NCBI GenBank assembly: GCA_964625535.1
Contig: CAZVEX010000001.1
Location: forward strand, 64,295-128,294
Source: an uncultured Gammaproteobacteria bacterium
GTDB lineage: Bacteria; Patescibacteriota; Microgenomatia; Daviesbacterales; UBA10151
Reading direction: 5' to 3'
Length of the DNA: 64,000 bases
Shown here: piece after piece, positions 58,317 through 64,000 of the stretch
Layout: each line of letters begins with the position of its first letter
How positions within the stretch are numbered: the stretch's first letter is position 1
Notes under the pieces: model-generated
Told to the model about the DNA's origin: nothing
The model's input: only the letters and a program-made list of their open reading frames with translations
The model's database searches: none
Made by a program: the position numbers and the translations under genes

Positions 58317-61300
58317 AAATCGATTTCTTCCACCAGCCTTTTTTGCCTTGCTGGCAACCGTACTCATTATCTCATGGTTTCGATATGGCCATCTTTATGG
58401 CGGAGGAGACGTGGGGATTCCATCCTACGATCCGCAGAGGATTCTGGATATTGCCAGGTTTGTCTGGTGGGATGTGTCAGCTCCCGGAACTACTGTTCCT
58501 CACGGTTTGACCTCCGTACCCTTTCAATTTATTCAGGCCAATCTTGCTAATTTTGGATTATCATATGTGGCTATTCAGGCGCTATTTTTTTGGATAATTC
58601 TCTTTTTGATGGGGTATGGGATGTTTCTTTTGTCGCTGACTGTTTTTGGCAAAGATAAGATAGGTTTGGCGCTTTTGTCAGGCCTTTTTTATGAGCTTAA
58701 CCCTTATATGATGATTGAGATTTGGCACAGGTTTATCCACACCACATTTTTTTTAGCGGCCGCGTTGCCATTTATTTTCATTTTTTGGACAAAATGGATT
58801 AAGAATGGCAAATTTACATTTTTGTTCTTATTTCTTTTAGTAAGTTTTTTGAGTACTCATCTTTTTGGAACCCTTGGCTTTGCCTTCACCATCATTTTTC
58901 TTCTTATTTTTATCTTCTTGGTTGAAGGGTTTATTCCCTGGCAAGGCATCTCTCATTTTCGAACTGTCAATGCAAGATTTGTAGTGGGTGCGCTATTTTG
59001 GCTTACCATTCATCTGTGGTGGTTGTTGCCGGTTCTAAATATTACTCCTGTTACTGTATCTGCCCAACATACCATTGGGGGAAGTTTGGCAACTTTACGG
59101 GAAATTAGCAAGCAAAGTATTATTCCTCATATTTTGGCGGGGATAAATCCCTATTATCTTTATGAAGTGGCCGATTGGGGTGAAATTTATGATTGGGCGA
59201 TCTTCCGCATGACCCCCTTTTTGGTACTGGTTTTTCTGATACCGGGTTTTGCGATATCTTTGCAAAGCAAAAAATTGGTTGGTTGGTCTCTGCTTTTTTT
59301 ATCAGCCATTATGCTTTCCAAAGGTATGGCTGAACCTTTTGGTAATCTTTTTTCCTTGGCCTTTAGCAAGTTTTTTGTACTAGGGACCATCAGAAATCCT
59401 TTTGAAAAGCTGGGGATTTTAATTCCTTTTGCCAGTTCCATCTTGTTTTCCATGGGAATAAGTTTTTATTTACGACATTTTGGCGGTAAGTCCCAATGGT
59501 TTGTTAAACCTATGATTACCATAGTCTTAATTTTATTCTTGGGGTTTTTTGCTTGGCCTATGTGGGGCGGAAAGTTATTCGGTAAGTATGACAAACTGGC
59601 TTTCGTGGAAATACCCCCCAGCTATATCGAGGCTGACAACTTCCTAAAAAGCGAGGGTAAGGATGGTAACATCTTACACTTACCGCTCACAGTTGGTGAA
59701 TCTGCCACTTATTATTGGCAATACGGTTACAACGGCGTTGAATCTTCTCAACTGTATTTCACTGCTTTGCCTTCTATATCGCGCGGATTTAACATAGATC
59801 ATATTGACGATGCCCTTTTGGCTTTGTCCAATATTTTTTCCTCAACTTCCGTTGATGACGAGAAAATTATTACTTTACTAAAATCCTTCAATGTGAGATT
59901 TATTATTTTACACAAAGATATGGAGTGGCGGGGGGGGAGCTTACGCGATCCGGCAGAACTGGAGCTAGTATTAAATAGAGCGAACTTCCTTTTAAGAGAA
60001 GCCCAATTTGATCAACTGGTAATTTATCAAGTGAAGGATGAGTACTTTGCCCCCAGAATCGAACTGACCAACCAGGTGCAGTACTTAGATTCCGGTAAGG
60101 GTGGCCTGTGGCCGCATCTTTTAAGGCAAAATCAAGGCGCTTTCATTACTCCTCAGGATTCCAAGAAGCTAATTTTGTCCAAGGCGGATGAAAAGATCAT
60201 CCTGCCGCAACAATCTTATCTTTATGATTTTTTGGATACTCCCTTGGAGCAGGCAGTGGGAGAGTTGCCTTCTCCTTCAAGCAAATTTTTTCCTGATTCT
60301 CCGCTTTATTTTTTTACAAGACTTAAAGAAAAAATTGATGTTTTAACTGCTTCTTATGATCAGAAGTTTCTTGTTAAATTAGCACATGCCGGCAAAAGGT
60401 TGGTTGAAGCTTATAATTTGAAGCAAAAATCAATTTCAGTTCTCGGTACTATCAAGATATATCAAAATCAGATGAACGATTTATTCAAGGATAAGTTTTT
60501 CCGGAATGAACTGGGAAGCTCATTGGATAGGCAAACTTTGGGAAAGATTTTTTCAAAACACTTGGCTATTCTGAAATCCTTAGAATCAAGCGCCCATGGG
60601 GTAGAGTTGGAGTTGTTGGACAATTTGAGGACATATAATTTTATTCCCAAAGTAAGTAAGGACCAGGAGCAAGCACAGGTCAATATAGCCAATTTTGAGA
60701 TTCCCGAGACAGGCCCATACCAGCTCTTGCTTGTCTCTCAAGATAGCGAAAATTTCTATCCTCAAAATCTCAAAAAGATGCGTTTTTACATCAACGGTCA
60801 ACCTGTTGATCTGTCAGGGGAAAAATTCGGGCAATTTCTTTCTTTTGGTGATATTGCTCTGGATGGAGGACCAGTAGAGATTTCATACCCGGTTTTGGAT
60901 TCTAATAATCTGATAGAAGTAAAAGATGAAACTCAAGAACTGGAGTTAACTTCCGACAAACACCAGCCAACACAATATGAGGTAGAAATAACTCCTGTCA
61001 GTCCCAATACGGAGTATAGATTTGAATTTGAATCCTGGATTAAAAAAGGTGATTGGTTTAAGGTAGAACTTATACAGGATACGGATCGTAGTTTCCCCGG
61101 CCAAGAGTGGACTATTGTAAAAGATAATTACAATAATTTCTTTAGTAATAATACCGTCTCTTTTACCCTTCACTCTCAAACAACACAGGCAAAAATAAAA
61201 CTTTTAGTGGAACCTTGGGATGATTGCAAAAAATTTTATGGAATTGAAAAAAAGTGTCAAACAAAAAAATCGAGAGAGCCCTTTGAGCGGGAATCTCAGG

Positions 61301-61710
61301 TTACTTTTAAAAACTTAAAACTTATCAGAAGATTAAATAATCCGGTATTTTTAAAATCCCATCCTGTCAAAAAAGATATCGAGAGTGGCGGCAGCATCAC
61401 ATTCAGACAAGTTAGCTCTGTTCTTTTTCAGGGAGAGCTTAAGCTCGCCAGGCCCTCCTTCCTGATATTTAAAGAAAGCTTCCATCCTGACTGGCAGCTT
61501 AAATTGGAAGGAGATCAGGGTAGCTTTTATCCGCAAGAGAGATTTTCTGCTAACAGCTTTGCCAATGCTTGGTATATAGAAGAGACAGGAGATTATCGCT
61601 TCAGCCTAGAGTTTGTTGGCCAAAGATGGGTAGACTTTGGTAGAGGATTAAGTATTTTCGGAGCTGCATCCGTAGTATTTTTGGCCATTTGGCAAAAAAG
61701 AAGAGGGTAA
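58306..61710 (+). CDS. Very large GT-C-like membrane protein (family B) with a DUF5667-like segment and beta-rich extracellular domains
   Basis: GGGDVG after TM1, YELNPY, RNPFEK, WPMW, NVRFIILHKD, ESFHPDW, NSFANAW and a C-terminal TM; start at MISKNR. Confidence 0.65.
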   Translation: MISKNRFLPPAFFALLATVLIISWFRYGHLYGGGDVGIPSYDPQRILDIARFVWWDVSAPGTTVPHGLTSVPFQFIQANLANFGLSYVAIQALFFWIILFLMGYGMFLLSLTVFGKDKIGLALLSGLFYELNPYMMIEIWHRFIHTTFFLAAALPFIFIFWTKWIKNGKFTFLFLFLLVSFLSTHLFGTLGFAFTIIFLLIFIFLVEGFIPWQGISHFRTVNARFVVGALFWLTIHLWWLLPVLNITPVTVSAQHTIGGSLATLREISKQSIIPHILAGINPYYLYEVADWGEIYDWAIFRMTPFLVLVFLIPGFAISLQSKKLVGWSLLFLSAIMLSKGMAEPFGNLFSLAFSKFFVLGTIRNPFEKLGILIPFASSILFSMGISFYLRHFGGKSQWFVKPMITIVLILFLGFFAWPMWGGKLFGKYDKLAFVEIPPSYIEADNFLKSEGKDGNILHLPLTVGESATYYWQYGYNGVESSQLYFTALPSISRGFNIDHIDDALLALSNIFSSTSVDDEKIITLLKSFNVRFIILHKDMEWRGGSLRDPAELELVLNRANFLLREAQFDQLVIYQVKDEYFAPRIELTNQVQYLDSGKGGLWPHLLRQNQGAFITPQDSKKLILSKADEKIILPQQSYLYDFLDTPLEQAVGELPSPSSKFFPDSPLYFFTRLKEKIDVLTASYDQKFLVKLAHAGKRLVEAYNLKQKSISVLGTIKIYQNQMNDLFKDKFFRNELGSSLDRQTLGKIFSKHLAILKSLESSAHGVELELLDNLRTYNFIPKVSKDQEQAQVNIANFEIPETGPYQLLLVSQDSENFYPQNLKKMRFYINGQPVDLSGEKFGQFLSFGDIALDGGPVEISYPVLDSNNLIEVKDETQELELTSDKHQPTQYEVEITPVSPNTEYRFEFESWIKKGDWFKVELIQDTDRSFPGQEWTIVKDNYNNFFSNNTVSFTLHSQTTQAKIKLLVEPWDDCKKFYGIEKKCQTKKSREPFERESQVTFKNLKLIRRLNNPVFLKSHPVKKDIESGGSITFRQVSSVLFQGELKLARPSFLIFKESFHPDWQLKLEGDQGSFYPQERFSANSFANAWYIEETGDYRFSLEFVGQRWVDFGRGLSIFGAASVVFLAIWQKRRG
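59930..59937. repeat. G8 homopolymer within a CDS
   Basis: Read directly: ...TGGC GGGGGGGG AGC... Confidence 0.8.
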
Positions 61711-61714
61711 TTTC

Positions 61715-62047
61715 ATGAAAAGACTCGGGCAATTTATTCTTTTATTTTTAATTTTATTACCGGTGATATCTTTTATCAATACTAATCTTTTAATAAATTT
61801 TTGGGCTAAAATGAGTCAGGATTTAATTTTTAGCGTTTGTTTGTCAAGCTCCATATTCTTTCCTGGGCTTAAGAAATATTATCTGATTTTAGCTGCTATT
61901 TTGATTGTCCTGATGGTAGGATCATTTATGTTCAAAGTTGTCGCAATATCGGATTTGTTGGGCAGTACGGCAATTGGAATAGTAACTGTCATATTAATAA
62001 GCTATGTTCCTCAACTGGTAAAAAAGGGTTATATTGAAAATATATGA
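61715..62047 (+). CDS. Small hydrophobic membrane protein (about 4 TM)
   Basis: 110-aa ORF tightly packed between two family-B genes; ATGA overlap with the next gene. Confidence 0.6.
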   Translation: MKRLGQFILLFLILLPVISFINTNLLINFWAKMSQDLIFSVCLSSSIFFPGLKKYYLILAAILIVLMVGSFMFKVVAISDLLGSTAIGIVTVILISYVPQLVKKGYIENI

Positions 62048-64000
62048 AAAAATTTCTGCCGCCAGTAATTTTTTTGATAATATCCGCAGGAGTAACTTTT
62101 AGCTGGTTTAGACACGGCTTGATCTATGGAGGTGGTGATGTAGGATTACCCACCTATGATCCTGCAAGAATTTTCGAGATTGCGAGATTTGTCTGGTGGG
62201 ACGGGGCTGCTCCCGGCACGCCCGTACCCCACGGTTTAACTTCGGTTCCGGTTCAATTTGGACTGTCCATTTTACAACTTGTTGGTTTTTCACCCCTGTG
62301 GTTACAGGCCACACTATTTTTTTTGCTACTTTTTTTAATGGGATTTGGTATGTATCTGTTCGTAGTTTTAACTTTTGGAGGGAAGTTTCGTTACTTTGCC
62401 CTGGTTGCCGGGTTGTTTTATATGTTCAATCCCTACATGATGATTTCCGTTTGGCATCGGTTTGTCCACAATGCCATTTTTCTGGCAGCCACACTGCCCT
62501 ATTTGGTCATTTTTTGGATCGCCTGGCTTAAAAAGGGCAGCCTTAAATATTTGCTGTTTTTTTTAATCACTAACTTACTTGGTGTTTACCTTTACGGCTC
62601 TTTGGCGTTTATTGTGACCGTATGGCTTTTAATGTTTTTAATCACATTGGGCCTGGGGATTTTCCCTTGGCAGGGTATTAAAAATCTGACAAAAATTTTT
62701 AGCCTTTTTCTGATTGGTTTGTTTTGCTTTGTGCTGACCAATGCTTGGTGGCTGGTGCCCACCTTTACTGTCGGGCCGGGACTTTTTTCCAAACAACATA
62801 GCCTTGAAGAAAATGTGGTGGGTTTAATCAGTTTAAGCAGACAGTCTATACTTCCCTTTACCCTTCAACTAATCAATCCATTTTATGTTATTAATCAGTC
62901 CGATTTTGGAAAAGCTCATAAACAGATACCTTTTTCCCTTATTCCCTGGTTAATCTTCGCTGTAGTGACGGTTGGGTTAGTAGCAGTGACCCGTTTGAAA
63001 GATAAGGTTTTTTGGGCCCCTGTTTTTTTAAGTATAGTGTTTTTAGCTAAGGGAGCTGCCGCTCCTTTTGAATTTATTTATTTGTGGGCGTTTACTAACT
63101 TTTTCCCCTTGGGAATAATTAGAAACCCCTTTGAAAAAATCGGTATCCTGCTGCCTTTTGTATCTTCGATATTGTTTGTGGTTGGTTTACAGATTTTATA
63201 TTTGAAGCTTAAAAGAATTTTTGATCATAAAGGCGCGGTGTTAATATTGATTTCCTTGATGCTTGTGATTTTGGTGTACGCTTGGCCAATGTTTTTGGGT
63301 AAAATTTTCGGACAACTGGATAATCCTTCTTTTGTGGAAGTTCCTCCCTATATCAGATCGGCCAGTGAATGGATCAAAATGCAGGGGAGGGAAGGAAGAA
63401 TCCTCCATCTTCCTCTATCAGTAACAGAGGATATCAGTTATAAGTGGCAGTGGGGATACCAGGGAGTTGAATCAAGCGATCTTTTCTTTAGTTCGTCTTC
63501 TGTAGCAAGGGGGTTTAATCTTCAGCCGGTAGATGATACTTTAAGTACCCTGTCGCTTTTTTTTAATAAGGCTTATGGAAAAAATTTAAAGCCGCTGGAG
63601 GAACTGATTGGAGCATTGAATATAAGATTCATCGTTTTACATAAAGATATTGACTGGAAGGGAAAAGAAATTTATAGCCCTGATGAGACAGAAAAATTTC
63701 TGGAGAATCTTCCCCTGGTTAAAAAGAAGGTCCGGTTTGGGGAACTTCTGATTTATGAGGTAAATGAAGAAGTTTATAGCGAGAAAGTGTCGGTTGCGCA
63801 AAATCTCGCATTTGTAACGCTCGGCAAAAATTTGAAAGTTTGGCCGTGGTTAGCAAAATCGGAGAACGGTGATATGGTTTCTCCAGCAGGTGACAGCCTT
63901 GATCAAGAACTCTTGGAGCAAGCCAGCATAGTAGTAGTTACCGCCAAAGAGCAGATGACCTTTTCCGAAGCGTCAAAAAGCGCCTTATTAAATAAAACTG
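62044..64000 (+). CDS. GT-C-like membrane protein (family B), paralog of 58306, truncated by window end
   Basis: Absent from the ORF track because it has no stop codon. It reads MKKFLPP...FRHGLIYGGGDVGLPTYDPARIFEIARFVWWD..PG..VPHGLTSVP, RNPFEK, WPM and NIRFIVLHKD. Confidence 0.75.
   Translation, partial: MKKFLPPVIFLIISAGVTFSWFRHGLIYGGGDVGLPTYDPARIFEIARFVWWDGAAPGTPVPHGLTSVPVQFGLSILQLVGFSPLWLQATLFFLLLFLMGFGMYLFVVLTFGGKFRYFALVAGLFYMFNPYMMISVWHRFVHNAIFLAATLPYLVIFWIAWLKKGSLKYLLFFLITNLLGVYLYGSLAFIVTVWLLMFLITLGLGIFPWQGIKNLTKIFSLFLIGLFCFVLTNAWWLVPTFTVGPGLFSKQHSLEENVVGLISLSRQSILPFTLQLINPFYVINQSDFGKAHKQIPFSLIPWLIFAVVTVGLVAVTRLKDKVFWAPVFLSIVFLAKGAAAPFEFIYLWAFTNFFPLGIIRNPFEKIGILLPFVSSILFVVGLQILYLKLKRIFDHKGAVLILISLMLVILVYAWPMFLGKIFGQLDNPSFVEVPPYIRSASEWIKMQGREGRILHLPLSVTEDISYKWQWGYQGVESSDLFFSSSSVARGFNLQPVDDTLSTLSLFFNKAYGKNLKPLEELIGALNIRFIVLHKDIDWKGKEIYSPDETEKFLENLPLVKKKVRFGELLIYEVNEEVYSEKVSVAQNLAFVTLGKNLKVWPWLAKSENGDMVSPAGDSLDQELLEQASIVVVTAKEQMTFSEASKSALLNKT

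Noticed and set aside
1007-62792. Numerous short (60-120 aa) antisense or alternate-frame ORFs in the track (e.g. 1007-1345, 3871-4161, 16570-16929, 46010-46354, 62196-62531)
   Set aside because: They lie within or largely overlap well-supported genes, have no recognisable motifs and look like shadow ORFs.
1-64000. CRISPR arrays, tRNA/rRNA genes, integrases, transposases or defence systems
   Set aside because: There are no regularly spaced repeats, no intergenic room for such RNA genes, and no recombinase, nuclease or transposase motifs in any ORF.
1-64000. Alternative genetic code (TGA read-through as in code 25)
   Set aside because: Many complete, family-length genes end in TGA, often in ATGA/TTGA overlaps, and coding density is already near complete under code 11.

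Overview
This AT-rich, gene-dense bacterial window (standard code 11) is almost entirely one surface-glycan locus that runs off both ends. It holds about 57 CDS: nucleotide-sugar enzymes (SDR epimerases/dehydratases, a WecC-like dehydrogenase, two RmlD-like reductases, RfbF, Fcl-like and RmlC-like proteins, a WbpB/D/E-like trio and two His-type PMP dehydratases), about 12 soluble GT2/GT4 glycosyltransferases and many tailoring enzymes (C- and O-methyltransferases, a carbamoyltransferase, acetyltransferases). It also encodes about 10 large polytopic membrane proteins with GT-C-like features, seven of them in two paralog families. I recognised no Wzx, Wzy, Wzz or ABC exporter, and no RNA genes, CRISPR array or mobile element. 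The compact mixed-strand layout, DUF5667-like proteins and near-leaderless promoters suggest a Patescibacteria (CPR, Microgenomates-like) genome, which is inference only. The most interesting signals are (i) an expanded GT-C plus polyprenyl-phosphate-sugar-synthase glycosylation system, (ii) an unusual isomerase/epimerase/kinase/phosphatase/nucleotidyltransferase block at 33-38.7 kb that may activate a rare sugar, (iii) dehydratases with the E1-type His but without the Fe-S cysteines, and (iv) pervasive gene-by-gene near-leaderless promoters. All family calls come from motif recognition by eye, not database searches.
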